Shown here one piece after another: positions 13,730 through 27,230 of a stretch of DNA of 64,000 nt (positions are counted from its first letter, which is position 1; every line of letters begins with the position of its first letter). The notes beneath the pieces were generated by a model that worked only from the letters and a program-made list of their open reading frames with translations, searched no databases and had not been told where the DNA came from. The stretch covers positions 62,001 to 126,000 of the forward strand of contig JAQGDQ010000178.1 of the NCBI GenBank assembly GCA_030141605.1, given 5' to 3'. This DNA comes from Tubiluchus corallicola (taxonomy: Eukaryota > Animalia > Priapulida). A program made the position numbers and the translations under genes.

Positions 13730-14700
13730 CCTTATTTCTTTCTTAACCGCATTACTTTTGATATGCACTCATTTAATTCAATTAATTTACCAATATGATC
13801 ACTATAGAAATAATCTGCAGTCGTCGTCGTTTCTCCTATTATTTCTATACCCTTCTTGCATAATAGCAGATGTTCGGTTGTGTCCTCTTCAATATAGCAG
13901 AGTGGACAGCCCACATCTAATTTAAATTTATTTCTGTAATTTGCTTTTACTGCAATCACATTAAGTTTCCACTCTGTTATCTCACATGCAGTCTTCTCAT
14001 CACACTCAAGTTTCTTATTGTTTTTTCTACTGCCCGAATTTATTTGTTAGATTTCGTAATTTTATTTTTTTGTCAATAACTTTCAATGATTCTTTTTTAT
14101 AGTATTTTTCGATCGCCCCCTTAACTTCTAACTTATAAATTTTAACATATTTTCTGCTATATTCAAGTTGTACATACTTGCAAGTTTCTCTACGTTTTTC
14201 TCTGGCACTTTATTTTTTGCACACTCATTAACACTTTTTTGCATCTCTGTTATTCAATGATACGTATAAAGTTCTTAGCCTCATCAACTGCTCATAATGC
14301 ACTCGTTGTTTCTTTGGGCACATTCCACTAATCAGTAACATGCCCCAGCAACTTCTTTGCATCAAAATTCCACACATAATTTCCTTTTGCCAAGATACTA
14401 TTTTTTGTTATTTATTTTCACTTACTGTTCCCCATACTTCCATATGTTAACAAAGTAGGAAAAGTCATTGTTTCATAAACTAATAATCTAATTTTCATAT
14501 ACTGATCTCCTATTTCAAATCTATCACTCCAACTCATAATTTCCTTTTTCATGTAACCAATTTTCTCACTTCTTTTTTCTATACTCATATCATAGGTCCC
14601 TTTTTCTGTAATGTAATCACTCAAATACTTGTAATGGTCTACATTTTTTAGTTCTCCCTCTTTTACATAATTTTTTACATGTACTTCTTTTCTTCATTTT
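13730..14700 (-). mobile_element. Decayed non-LTR retrotransposon (RT thumb to C-terminal zinc finger)
   Basis: Fragments DHYKYLSDYITEKG..., PTLLTYG and CPLCYIEEDTTEHLLLC (CCHC), with stops and frameshifts. Confidence 0.8.
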
Positions 14701-16447
14701 TCATTTACTAGGGTTTAAATGTATGTATTGGGATTCTCTGCACTGATTCAGAAAGTATTTTTTTAATTCTTCCATTCTTCTACAGCTCTTTATTGCTTTT
14801 GTTACTATTTCCTCTGTTCCCATATTCGTTACTGCGCTGGCTCTGCTACAAGCATTGTGATTCATGAAACTGATGACAGCATTTACAGGTTTGTCAGCAA
14901 TTCGAAAGCTGTGTCGGTCGTTGGCAAAAAGAAGCTTATGTTTTCGGCCATTTTTCTGTTCTCGTAACGGATTTTAGAAGATATCCGGTACTGGCTTACT
15001 CAAAACATCCGGTTATCTTGATTCCAGACTGCAAGAATAATAATAGCAGCAAGTTGGTCTGACAATCCTCTTACAATCGCAGGATTATTTTTTATAAAAT
15101 CTCTCATGATGAGCTTGAAACTAAAATAAAACAAACCTATCATAATTGTGCTTTAGCACGTTTTTTCGATTCGTACTAACATGAACTGCAAGTTACAACT
15201 CGCTATTAAGTATTATACTACTAAAAGTACTATTACTAGTACTACGTTAAGGTAAAACGTGTATTTTTATTTCTTATTTTTTGTCCCAAAAAGTAGGCGC
15301 ATCGAAGATATGATTAATGTGCCGCGAAGAAGGGGGCAAGATCAAAGTTATGTGTTCAGCTACCCTTATAATTTATATCATACCATGCTATATGCATACC
15401 GCTATCAGTTAGGCAATACTTATACTAGATCATTTTCCATATCTTCAAATACAAACCAAGTTACCTTAAATAAAATCAGTACATATGTGAGGTGCACAAT
15501 ATTAGTGGAAAAGGGTAGGTCCACCAGAACCAGGACACTTACGGGCCCTACTTGGTACAGTACTATTTTACATAAACCTGCGGAAACTGCTGTGCTCTGG
15601 CAGGAGGTTGAAATTTTTCAGCTAGAAAAAAAATTATAAAGTGTAGCAGTAACAATCACTTAGGGCAGTTATACTGTCATATCAAACAAAAAATGAAAAG
15701 GCATTTTTTTTAAACTCAGGATGCTTAGGCTTAACCTGAACGCAGCAGCAACATCTGAGCAGTAACTACAGCAAAACACTAGTAAGAAACTTCAAATAAT
15801 TAGGCCTAATCATAACAAATTTGCTCAGTTTTGTGCAATCGTTTTCATCCATTTTTTATAGAAAGCTTTTGTAACAAATAAATGAGATTCAAGCTATTGG
15901 TGAAATAAATTAATTGAAGGTGAGCTGAACTGTAATACCTTCACCATGGACCTCTATAATTTGAAGTAGCTGATCATCTGGAAGTCATGAGGACAAATTA
16001 AGCAATTTAAAATGTAGCCGAAATTAACAAAATTATTATAAAATGTTTTGCAGCATCCACAGGCACTGCATCAGTTGCTAATTCATGTGAAGGTTTCAGT
16101 ATCACCTGGATGTCCTCAAAGTTCCTCGTGGACACTGGTTACTTTGCCATCCAGGTAGCATCAAGCAGTACATACTTGTGGTTTAAAGGTCGACATGTGA
16201 ATAGAGCTTACTTTAAGGAGCCTGCTGCATTTGAGATTACATCAGTTGCCAATAAATGGATATAAGTCAGTGCAATCTAGCATGACATAAAGCTACTCTT
16301 TTGAAAGTGTTTATATATTGCATGACATTTATTATTATATGGACTGCAAACGAAACAACGCAAGGCGTCCTGATGAAAATGCACTAGTATAATTAGCAAT
16401 AGAAATAACTAGCAATCACTTGAAAATTAGCACTTATAACTACTAGA

Positions 16448-17221
16448 ATGTCTACAGCATTTGTTACCAGTTCTACCGTTACTACTGGGACAGCTCAAAC
16501 AGCTGTTACTGTGCTTGCATCAAATGAACGCTCTCGTTTAAGATTTTTGTGTGTCATCCAGCTCATTACTGGCATCTTAATTTTGATACTGCACTTTTGC
16601 ATTATGGCCTTAATTCAAGGCAATTTACCCGTGACTTGGTGCGGTTCACTTTTCATACTAACTGGCCTGCTTGGCTTATATGCCACGAAACCACTAGCTT
16701 TGGCGACTTACGGACGCATATTATTGTACTTGTTAATGGTAATGTGTTTTATAGCTGCACTATTGGCCGTATTTGCAACGTTTGCAACATTTACGCCTTT
16801 TGGTTTGGCAGTTGATGGTGACATGGGGATTATTCTGAACGTGCTTATTGTAGGTTTGGCAATGATTGAGTTTGGAGCAGCCTGTGGAAATTTTGTCATG
16901 TGTTGGAGAATTGTTCGCCATTATCGCACGTTTTTGCTTCGCACGAGGGTCGTATTTACCCCTGCAGGTGCCATTGTTTGTCTCCCAAATGGTGGTGGTG
17001 TTATAGAAGGACAGTCACTTTTTCAGCGGATGGAAAATAGTGTAGCACCACAGGGAGATATTGGGCATGCTCGAGTGGATCACCGGCAGTTTTCTCAGAC
17101 CACACCGGAAGAAAGTGGATTGGTAGTTGATTTACCAGAAGATCAATTTGCTAATAGCTCATCTTTGGTGCCCGGCACACCACCTCCACCATATGAAGAG
17201 ATCTATAAGACAAATCAGTAG
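16448..17221 (+). CDS. CD20/MS4A-like four-transmembrane protein, 257 aa, single coding exon
   Basis: Four hydrophobic segments with MS4A-type motifs (LCVIQLITG; PVTWCGSLFILTGLLG; LAMIEFGAA...FVMC); cytoplasmic tail ends PPPPYEE (PPxY); longest non-repetitive ORF in the window. Confidence 0.85.
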   Translation: MSTAFVTSSTVTTGTAQTAVTVLASNERSRLRFLCVIQLITGILILILHFCIMALIQGNLPVTWCGSLFILTGLLGLYATKPLALATYGRILLYLLMVMCFIAALLAVFATFATFTPFGLAVDGDMGIILNVLIVGLAMIEFGAACGNFVMCWRIVRHYRTFLLRTRVVFTPAGAIVCLPNGGGVIEGQSLFQRMENSVAPQGDIGHARVDHRQFSQTTPEESGLVVDLPEDQFANSSSLVPGTPPPPYEEIYKTNQ

Positions 17222-18779
17222 TGAGTTAGTTTCGGATAGTTCTGCAATACTCAAAGCCTGTATGGTAAAATCTAGATGATGTTATCACTTTTATGATTCA
17301 TTACATTGTTGTTTAAAAACAATTAAAGTTTATCAGATAAAGGGCAGCTATGAAAGAGGTAGGAAACGTTGATGACATAAGGGCACTCATGTACGTATAA
17401 TTCCCACTGAATTAAATAGTAGTTGAAATAATATTTAGGTCATACTGTTAAGATCAACTGCGTGAAGTATTATCTTGTCATAGCCTTTGTTTGATAGAAC
17501 TGGTACAGCAAGGGGAAGAAATGACATCATGCATTGCCAGTTACAGATTTATTGCTTTAATTTTAGGAATTTTAAAATTGTCGCAAAATGGAGCCTGCGG
17601 AGTGGTTTGGCGAAATGTCTTCAAGTTCAATGTTTTATCTTAGAAGATTATCTTTGATAACGATTCAATGGTTCTAGTTGTGCAAGAAGTTTTTGCAGCC
17701 GCCCTGCTATCGAGTTGCCGATATATATTATACCTACTTTATGACAGAATCATGATACAGAAGTGTGCAGTCAAATATTTGTTACAAGGTTCGACATCTT
17801 CCAAATGTGACACTCAAATATTCTTGGAAAAATGCCAAGAACAGTCTGTGCAAGTGTTATAATTATGGTGAATGCTGTGCCTTTTATGTTTTTGTTTACT
17901 GCTTGCAATATCGTAACAACTATCATCCGTTTGATTAAATCATAGTAAATGCTCTTTTTAAGCGTTTTCATGCTTTAAATATTTACCACTTACTCATTTT
18001 ATAGATGAAAGATGGAAAGTTGTTTTTCATCTAGATTCATAGTATAATATGTTGTACAGTAAGTATACATGATTGCTGTCATGTAGATATATAATTTACG
18101 TGTTACTATATAATTTATGTGTGTAAATTACGATATGCATACATCATTCTAGATTCATGAGTGTGATAATGTGCTGTATATATGTATGTATAAACTACTA
18201 TTGTTGTTGTATACATATATGTTATATTATATAAGTTATGTGTATAAACTAGTAAAATACTACATGGATTTAACTCAAAATTGTTACTGATTAGTAATTG
18301 GTTTATTTTTAGACTATTAAAAAGCTAGTATAAAATTTGTTTTATTTTGCAGTATTGTTTCCCCAAGTTTACAATATTTGCTAGATATATCGCACAAGGT
18401 TTCATAGAAGCATTTTAGTTCCATTGAGTATTTAGTTAGAGTACTTGTTATTTAGTATTAGTTATTTAGTAGTTTAGTACTTGTCATTCTAGTCCTATTT
18501 TCTTCCTTTCTGTTTTGATTTATCAAGGTTGTGAATATTTATAATGTAGTATAAATAAATTAATTAATAATGGGTTTTATTAAAAAGTCATACCATACCA
18601 GCAATAGCTGAATAAATTTTGTATATACATTCGAAATAAGGAAAAAGAGTCAAAAGGCACATTGAGCAATAAAACATGAAATTATATAAGAGACATAACA
18701 TTGCTTACACAAAAACGTTGGGAGAAATAACATCATGAAGTCAGTAAGGCATTTTAAAACAAACTGTGACACTAAATTT

Positions 18780-19240
18780 TTTTGTCTTTTTACCATAATT
18801 TAGACAGTAGTTTGGCATTACTATTTAGAGTTCTAATCACAACAGGTGTTGCAAAATGTTTGTAAAGTTCTGTTCGAATTTTACGCATGTCTAATTTATT
18901 AGAGGTAATTGCAAGTAATACGACTGCCTACACTGTGCTGTAAAGCAGGAAGCAAGTGTCTATGGTACTGGATAATGTTAGAAGCAAAATTACAAGTTAT
19001 TGTTTGTCTGTTATTTTGCAGTGTAATCTGGTTGAGTTTATGTAGAGCATCATCACAAGAAATAAAATCTTTACTAAAAAATATTTGACAAATTCTTTTT
19101 TGAATTTTTTCAATACTGGCAATTATAGATGAGTCCCAATATATGCTTGATTGGTATTCAGTATCACACTCTGTTATGTTAGATTTTAGCAAAAGTCGTA
19201 TTTTTGGTACCTTTTGTGTTAATAAAATACAGAGCGTGCA
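18780..19240 (-). mobile_element. Decayed CR1/L2-like LINE 3' fragment
   Basis: EYQSSIYWDSSII ASIEKIQKRICQI...SCDDALHKL, resembling the LEY...W...LE-IQKRA...Y-DAL region. Confidence 0.65.
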
Positions 19241-19459
19241 TTGCATTAGTAAGGTTAACTAGTTTAAAATTCTTTTGTACAAAAATATTAAACATTTTAT
19301 TTATCAATGAAATACAGTTCTGACTCCTTGTATACCATTCATGTTTTCGTCATGAACATTATTGTCATCACTGTCATCATCTGTAAGATAATTCTTCTCG
19401 TTGATGTAACAAAGTAAATCTTTAACTTTTTATTTTATTGCTTAATTTTAATTTTAATA

Positions 19460-20490
19460 ATTAAGGTTTTTCCATAGCAAAATCTTACTGTTTTTCATTG
19501 AGTTATTATTGAGATTTTGCCATAGTTTCTCATTTAGTTATTTATTTATTTATTATTTATATTTTTATTATTATTATTTATTCTCTGCTACTTTAACGCT
19601 TAATAACTCGTAAGCCTTGCAAGCTAGGGTCACCAAACTCACAGGGTTGGTAGCCCTGAGCGGGGGACGTACAACAGCATAGCAACCTCTGACCACTGGT
19701 CAAGGGGGAAGGGCATTGGGCATTGGTCAGTTTTTTCTTTAGGTCGCATCTCCTCGGGCTTTTGTTTTTTTGCAAATTTTTTCACAAGTATTTGCATACT
19801 TGTGGTTTTTGCACTGGGAGTTTTGAAAGGCTGGCAAGTTTTAAACGCCCGAGGGAGGGGCCAAAATGCAAAATTTGGCATCCCCCAATTGGTGATCTTT
19901 TACATCCCGAGAGAGCTAGGGACTCAAAACTCACAGGGTGCACTCTCTGGGCAAAGTTATCTATGTATACGTGTGACCGGAGTTGCCGGGTCAACGGTCA
20001 TGGAGCGGGCGGGTCTTCATTTATTTTTCTTTATGATCCATCTGCTCCCATAGTTTTTGATTTAGGGCCACAATGTTTGGTATATTGCTAGGTGGTGTCA
20101 TGGCCGTACCCATGCAGCAAAATTTTCCGCTAGGGGGCAAATACCGAAAAATGGGGGTTGGGAACAGAAGTGCACCAAGTGTTGAGCAATGGTACCTTGT
20201 AGCGCATCAAATGAGAGGTCTCGATGAGGTGGATCAAATGACATAGGTTACAATGAGAATAGTTAACCGGCGACCTCACTAGGGGGCAAAATAGGGGTCG
20301 AGGAGACAAACGCCTTCCAGGGTCTACCAAAAGTAGGTTGTTGTATATCAAATGAAAGGTCTCAATGAGACAAACTGAATGATATAAGTTATGCCAAAAT
20401 TGTTGACCTTTGACCCGGGGGTGATGGTTTGAACAGTTGAAATGCTGAGGTTTCATTGTGAAATGCACTTTCCATGTATTCAAGCAATTC
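19460..20490. mobile_element. Non-autonomous interspersed repeat, possibly Helentron/DINE-like
   Basis: GC-richer block starting after an (att)n tract; internal duplicated motifs aaactcacagggt, atcaaatga(g/a)aggtctc(g/a)atgag and ctagggggcaaa; ORFs unrecognisable. Confidence 0.45.
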
Positions 20491-20755
20491 AATAAAAGAA
20501 GAAAAAACGCTTTAAAAAAGGCTGTCGTCTCTTCATTTTTAAGGCTGAATTTTACAACTATGTTTTACAACTAGTTTCAACTAGTTTATTTTAATTTTAA
20601 TTTCTGTCAGCAGCTGCAGTTTTTCTGCATCTTAGGTGAAACGCTAGACACTGCCTTGTATTCATACCAATCGGAATACACCTTTAGTTATCATTGTACA
20701 ATTAAACAGGAAACTGCTAAGAAAGCGCTGGTTTTTAGTAAACAGTTTGCCGGGA

Positions 20756-21252
20756 AGGGAACAATGCGTCATGCACCACTTAGTGTTGGAACCACGAAGG
20801 GAATAGAACAATGCATCATGTACCATTGAGTGAAGGAACTATGCAGGGAAGAGAACAATGTGTCATGTACCACTTGGTGTTGGAACCACGAAGGAATAGA
20901 ACAATGCATTATGTACCACTGAGTGAAGGAACTATGCAGGGAAGAGAACAATGGGAGAACAAACAATGCATCATGTACCACTTAGTGAAGGAACTACACA
21001 GGAAGAGAACAGTGCATCATGTACCACTTAGTAAAGGAACTAAGCCGGGAAGAGAATAATGTGTCGTGTACCACTTAGTGAAGGAACTACCCAGGGAAGA
21101 GAACAATGCGTCGTGTACCACTTAGTGAAGGAACTACCCAGGGAAGAGAACAATGCGTCGTGTACCACTTAGTGTAGGAACTACGCAGGAAGAGAACAAT
21201 GCGTCATGTACCACTTAGTGTAGGAACTACTCAGGGAAGAGAACAATGCGTC
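20756..21252. repeat. Minisatellite, 47-bp unit, ~10 copies
   Basis: aatgcgtc(a/g)tgtaccacttagtgaaggaactacccagggaagagaac repeated. Confidence 0.95.
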
Positions 21253-23269
21253 AAGGAAACTTCAAAGTCACTTAAGCAACGGCGGTTTACTGTCTGCATA
21301 TTGCAGCGTGATGCGTTCAGACGGTTGCGTTTATGTTCGAGTGAATACGGATCACGCACGACGCATGGATTGCGCATTACGTACACATTGAAACAATTCC
21401 ACGTATTTAAATGCAAACTGTTGCATGCGCACTACGCATGCGTACACGGTGTCTTACCTTAATCCTAGAGCGATCAAACAACACAAATACAAAACTTAGC
21501 AATGCACGTTTACTCATTATGCTAGTGTCTTGAATGTTTCAGTTTTGTCTAGCTGGCGTTGAAGCAAATTCCGCTAGATACGAAAACAAAGTTTTGCAGA
21601 ATTATTTCAACCAGGCAGTTCGGCATTACTTTTAATTACTTGATTACTTTTAAATCTTGCCGGCAGGTGGGGCTAGTACGTCAATATAGAGATTGTTCTT
21701 CAAGCCACTGCAGTTGAACGCGCTTTACTTACTACGTTGATCAAAATAGCCAATTGCTCGTAATAAAATTCAAATCGATAATTAAATTTGCAATAAAATA
21801 ATGCTCAGCCTCAATTTATTTAGGTAGCTAAAAGTCTTATCACTATTATACTTCATTGCGAAAAGTGGTCCTAAAGTGGCCCCTGCAGCGAGATAAGCCT
21901 CATTAGCCCTACAATTTTAGGGGTATAATTTTGTTTGGCATTCTCGCTTCATTTTTTCACATCGCTGCATATAATTTCATTGCTTAGGGGTAGATGATAA
22001 AATGATTGACTGGTTCAAACCATAACGAGGCAAATCACCTCAAGTACTCTTATTATTTTTTGTTTCTCATCAGCAGCAGTGACAAAAGGAAAAACAGAGA
22101 AAAGATTGATATCAGCAGCGGCACAAAAAGACTAAATAAAAACACTGATGATATGATCGACTAATAAGGTGACTATGAATGACAGAGAATTCAGAAATTC
22201 TGTTATCATGTATTTCTTATTCACCAGCAAAATAAGAAAACCGGTATCAAAAACAGGGAGGAGGTTTTTCTTGCCACTATGACCACTAGCATCGTCATCA
22301 TCACCACCATCATCATCAACCTCATTAACATAATCATAAGTATCATCGTCGCCGTCGTCTCCATCGGCACAGCAGTAGTATTGCTTCCATCAGCACATGT
22401 GTAAACACTTGCATGCTTAATGCAATAAACCAACAGTTATTAGAATTTTGAAACTGAACTTAGGTGATCCGTAGGAGAAATGTGAAAAAACCCCGGCTTA
22501 ACTGGATTTGAACCAAGCACACTTGGTTTCAAAAATCTTTTAACTATAGTTTGTTTCTAGCGAATTCAATAGAAACTTTTTTATTTAGACTGAAATGTAC
22601 AAAAGCTAGGTAGCTCATGTCAAAAGCCAAACAAAATAGCTAAAATGTCTATTAAAAGTTGAGGCCAGTAGTAAACTGTCGACATTGATGCATCTCACCA
22701 ACGACAGACGTGGCCTGGTTGCTAAGGTCATTTAGGTAGCCAAGCGCTCAAAGTAAAGTATACCAGCATCAAGTCTTCCTCTTCTTTGTCTACAATCAAG
22801 TTTTTGTCTTCTGTTTCAATAACTAAAGTCATAATGCCTCAGTCAAGATTCGACAGTACACCGCGATACCGTAATACGTAACGCGTCTGCTTTCCGTCTA
22901 AGAAGCGTGAATGCCAAAACGCGGCCGAGTCAGTCCAAAGCCTCAAAAAATAGTAACTGCTATACGCGTAATATTTCAGTTAAAGGCTGGGTAATGATAA
23001 TAATAATGCGTTGTCTGTCAAGGTTAGAACCGATTTAAATAAAGGTTATTATTAACCTTTGGGGCGGTTAGGGGCCGTGAGGCCGTTGAACATACCAATA
23101 AAAATTATTAAAGCCTGTAGCATTATTATATCAAAACACATTAGATTTAGTAGACACTGTTGCTTTCATCAGTTCTCTGACTGTTTGTACACAAAAATTT
23201 TTTATGTATATGCATTTTGTACAGTACAGTTTGTGTACAATAATTGCAATGAATATTATTATTATTATT

Positions 23270-23560
23270 ATATTATTTTTTTATCCAGAAGTGGTGCTTA
23301 GAGAAGAAACCGATTAACAGTGGCCACAATAATGGGCCTCAATAAAAATATAAAAGGGTGGAAACATGAATAGAAATAAAAAACAGATTTATAGTAACAA
23401 ATTTCCTAGTGGTAGAAGGTACCTATTAACATTCTTTTTGAATCAGGCGATGTCTAGTTAATAGGGAAGCGGTTTTCTGATAAAGAATTCCACAACTAAG
23501 AGGCCCGATGAAAAACGGATTTAGCAATGGCTGATGCTAATATGGTTAATAGGTGTTTGT
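23270..23560 (-). mobile_element. LINE (CR1/Jockey-type) 3' end fragment
   Basis: Minus strand SVFHRAS*LWNSLSENRFPIN..FKKNVNRYL, then 3' UTR and an A-rich tail. Confidence 0.65.
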
Positions 23561-25184
23561 GGCGCAAGACGGGATTTTTGTTTCACACAAACCCTGTTTT
23601 TTGCACAATAAGTGTGATTTTTATTCAATGTCGGTCAGGAGTAGGCATATTTGGCGGCCATTTTGACGTCATTTGGCCTGGGCCGATTTTGTACGGTTTT
23701 TGGTGCCAGCTACCTACTCGGAGCATACGCAACCGAACCCAACTAAAGAACATTCCGTTGCAATTAAGTGCTCCTGCAACTCACCTGTAATTAAGTGCTC
23801 CTAGTCTTGAAATGGCGATTATTCAAATCGTCGGGCTATACGTTTAACAGTTGTATAAATCTTATACAATAATAATATAACAACGAACCTTTATTTGAAA
23901 AAGGAGTTATTCACAATCCCTCCATTTGTAGGGAAGACTAATATTTGCAACATTATTTATCGGCACTCTAATCGGTTTTCCACGAATATTTCCTTTACAA
24001 TGTTTATGAACATTTTACATTCATGAATGCTCGTTTCACTTTCTTCTACAAAACTATTTATTCAAAACGAATTTCTCAATGTGAATCTGTTGTGTATTTT
24101 GTACATTTTGTAAATTTCTTTGCTATTTGTAATCATGTATATTTTTAATTCAATTCTTAATGTTTTGCGTTGTGTATTACATTAGGTGCATTTTGTAATT
24201 TTTCCAATTCATTTGTATATAGTTTTAATTTAGTTTTAAGTGTATGAAGCTATTGCTTTTATCAGTTTTTCTAAACTGGCTACATACGAGTTTTGATGTA
24301 AATTTTATTTTTACATTTTATGTAACACTTTAACAATAAAGAGTACTAATAAATAATAAAAATAACTTAATATTTCTCTCAAGTTCAAAGATGAAATTTG
24401 CTTATGCTGTGACACCCTATTATCTTCGTTTATCAATCTACAAGAAAATATCAAATGTTTAGCAGTTTGTTCTCTGTGGTCACTGTCACATCTGCTATTT
24501 ATGCTTTGATCTCTCTGACGATAAAAAACTTAGTTCATCTATTTAAAAGTAAATTATTTGCGGTCGTCTCAACGAGCTTTTCGGCTTTATTCAGTGGAAG
24601 CTCAAGAGGTGTAATGTGCACTTTTATTGTAGCTGGACTTTCTCCTTGCAACAGCGCTCTATAAATCTTGGCCTTATATGAATTAAACTCTTTGTGGTTG
24701 CATTAATAATCTAATTACAGATCTTTTTGGTAGTCGAGTATTTAAAATTTATAGGCATATGGTACCCGACCGGATACGGTATTTATTTTAACCTGATGAG
24801 GTCTACCTATGTTTGCTTTATTAATTAGTTAAATAGATCATAATTAATGTGCTAATTGCTCCTAGTAATTGATTTACATTATAGCGTTGCACAGCTCCCA
24901 GTATTCCCTTTCTGTACATTTCTGCATGCAGAGCAGCTGCCTATAAACCACTTTTTAAATTCGGGCTTCTTATTTGTGGATTTCTAGACAAGAAAATTGT
25001 TTCCCTAGATTTAAAAAGGTTGCCTCCGTCTGGCGAATTAATTAGAAAGTTCCACTTTTTTCGCACATGTGTTTATAGATTCGCCATTTTAATGTAGCCC
25101 CTTGCCTTCAGTGGCCATTTGGCTTGCTTGAGGCAATATATAAGAAAATAAACCAATGACAATAACTCCAATTGTGGGACAACA

Positions 25185-25960
25185 CTACTGTCACCAGCAC
25201 CAGCACCTGGCATCGCCATCACCACCACACTACCACCATCACAAACACACCTTCAATGCCATCACTACCATCGCCACCCTCATCTACCACCACCATAATC
25301 ACCCCATCACCCCATCACCACTACTACCAGCATCAACATCTGGAATCACCACCATCACGCCGCCACCACCACACCACCATTATCACCAACACCACCACTT
25401 CCACTACCACGTTCAACTACCATCAACACCTAAAATCTACCACTGCCACCAAAAGACCACATCCATTACCTAAAAACCACCACCACCATTACCACCACCA
25501 CGCCACAACCACCACGCCACAACCACCACACCACCATTATCACTAATACAACCATTGCCACCACCACGCTCAACCACCACCAACACCTAAAAACTACCAT
25601 CACCATCTAAAGACTACCACTATACCTAAAAACCACCACCAACACCACCACTACCACAATCTAAAGACTACCACTATACCTAAAAACCACCACCACCACG
25701 CCACAACCACCACACCACCATTATCACTAATACAACCATTGCCACCACCACGCTCAACCACCACCAACACCTAAAAACTACCATCACCATCTCAAGACTA
25801 CCACTATACCTAAAAACCACCACCAACACCACCACCTCCACCACCATCATAACCATCACTACATAATCTCCACCCTCAAATATTACCAGCACAACCAACC
25901 ACAACGGCAGTGACAGCAAGAGGCAACAGTGACGATGACAACGACAACAACAACATCGCC
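25185..25960. repeat. Degenerate (CAC/ACC)n low-complexity tract with an internal ~130-bp duplication
   Basis: His/Thr/Pro-rich spurious ORFs; block accaccattatcactaatacaaccattgcc... occurs twice. Confidence 0.9.
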
Positions 25961-27019
25961 GTTGCTGTCAAAGCAATAACAATGATGATAACGAAACAAC
26001 GCCGAGAACAACAACGACAATATCAAAAAGGAAAGCATTAACGAGACGGCGCATGGACGAGAGACACGCTTATCATTAAGTATCAATACGCTCTAATGTT
26101 ATGCAAATAAGGAGACAAGCATCCGGACAGCGTTTCGCTAATGAGTAACATCACTGCAAATCAAATCCGAAGCCATCGTCTTAATCAGCGTTACCTAACC
26201 TGGCTTCATGTAGCCGCGCATGTGCACTGTAAAGCACTACTCTAATTGATACTGCGATGTTCACTCCTCGATTTCTAGCCAGAAATTCGACTGGGCTTAA
26301 TTTCGGTGCATATCAGACAGAGCGATTTTTGTATTTTAAAATCAAGAAACTTTGCTAAAGAAAGAAATTTTGCTTTATCGTGGTACGATCGCGTAAGTTT
26401 CTCTGTTCGCCTGTTTGTTCCCACTGTTTTTGCTGTGCATGTTTTAGCTTGTGAACAGGTGTTGACGTAACAATTTCGCGGATCAAAAATAGTTCAGATT
26501 TTTCGCATTCTTTGACTGTTAATGGTCGCATCATTTGTCTAAATGTTAAGTGTATAAAATTACACACAGTCTTCTGTTTCGAACTGAAATTATCCCACCA
26601 ACCCACCCGTCAGCATATCAAAACATGGTGCAGCATTGCGTGGGTGATTTAAATGATTTCTTGTGACGTCTAATACGTCGTTCCGGTTTCCTGTTGTAGT
26701 ATAATAATCGTTAATAAGTTTGAGAGAATACTTAGGATTGTCAAAAACTGACTACGTTTTCCAAAAATATCTTCTCGACAACTTTGTTGTACTGTCGAAA
26801 TATTCAGAAACTTCAGATAGTTATAATTATTTTTTCAATATCTCTTTTAATAATTTTCTAACAGTTGTATCGACAAAAACCAAAAATTTCGAGTTTTTCT
26901 TTTGTTCAGTATTCAGCCCACACAATGCGAAGCCCATTCCTTTTCAACAAACTATAGAAACTGCTCACTTCATTATCGTAAAGTGGACAGCATAGCGATA
27001 TAATATATAATAATATCTA

Positions 27020-27230
27020 CTGATTGTTACTGATCAAGATTGAACCATTCTTGGAGTTCCAAAACAGCCTGGGACCAGTCAGGGAGGTTTGATCGTCTTG
27101 GGTAAGCAGTTGTAACTACTTAAACTAACCAGTGTAATGTCGTCGTAAATGTTCTTTGCAGGTCGTAAAGTCGGACCATACAGCAGAACCAAACTGGGAC
27201 GTTGATAAAAATAGTTTTTATTTTTTAAAC
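27020..27230 (-). mobile_element. Highly decayed LINE RT remnant
   Basis: Frameshifted VP-GS--GPTL-like, YDDITLV and LELQEWF fragments. Confidence 0.35.

Noticed and set aside
16369-16410. Hammerhead-like ctgatga...gaaa upstream of the MS4A-like ORF
   Set aside because: No convincing stem I/II/III pairing
19593-20492. Overlapping 60-122-aa ORFs
   Set aside because: Multiple frames within a GC-richer repeat; no domain similarity
25156-25919. His/Thr-rich mucin-like ORFs
   Set aside because: Degenerate (CAC)n tract with frame breaks; no splice or signal-peptide support
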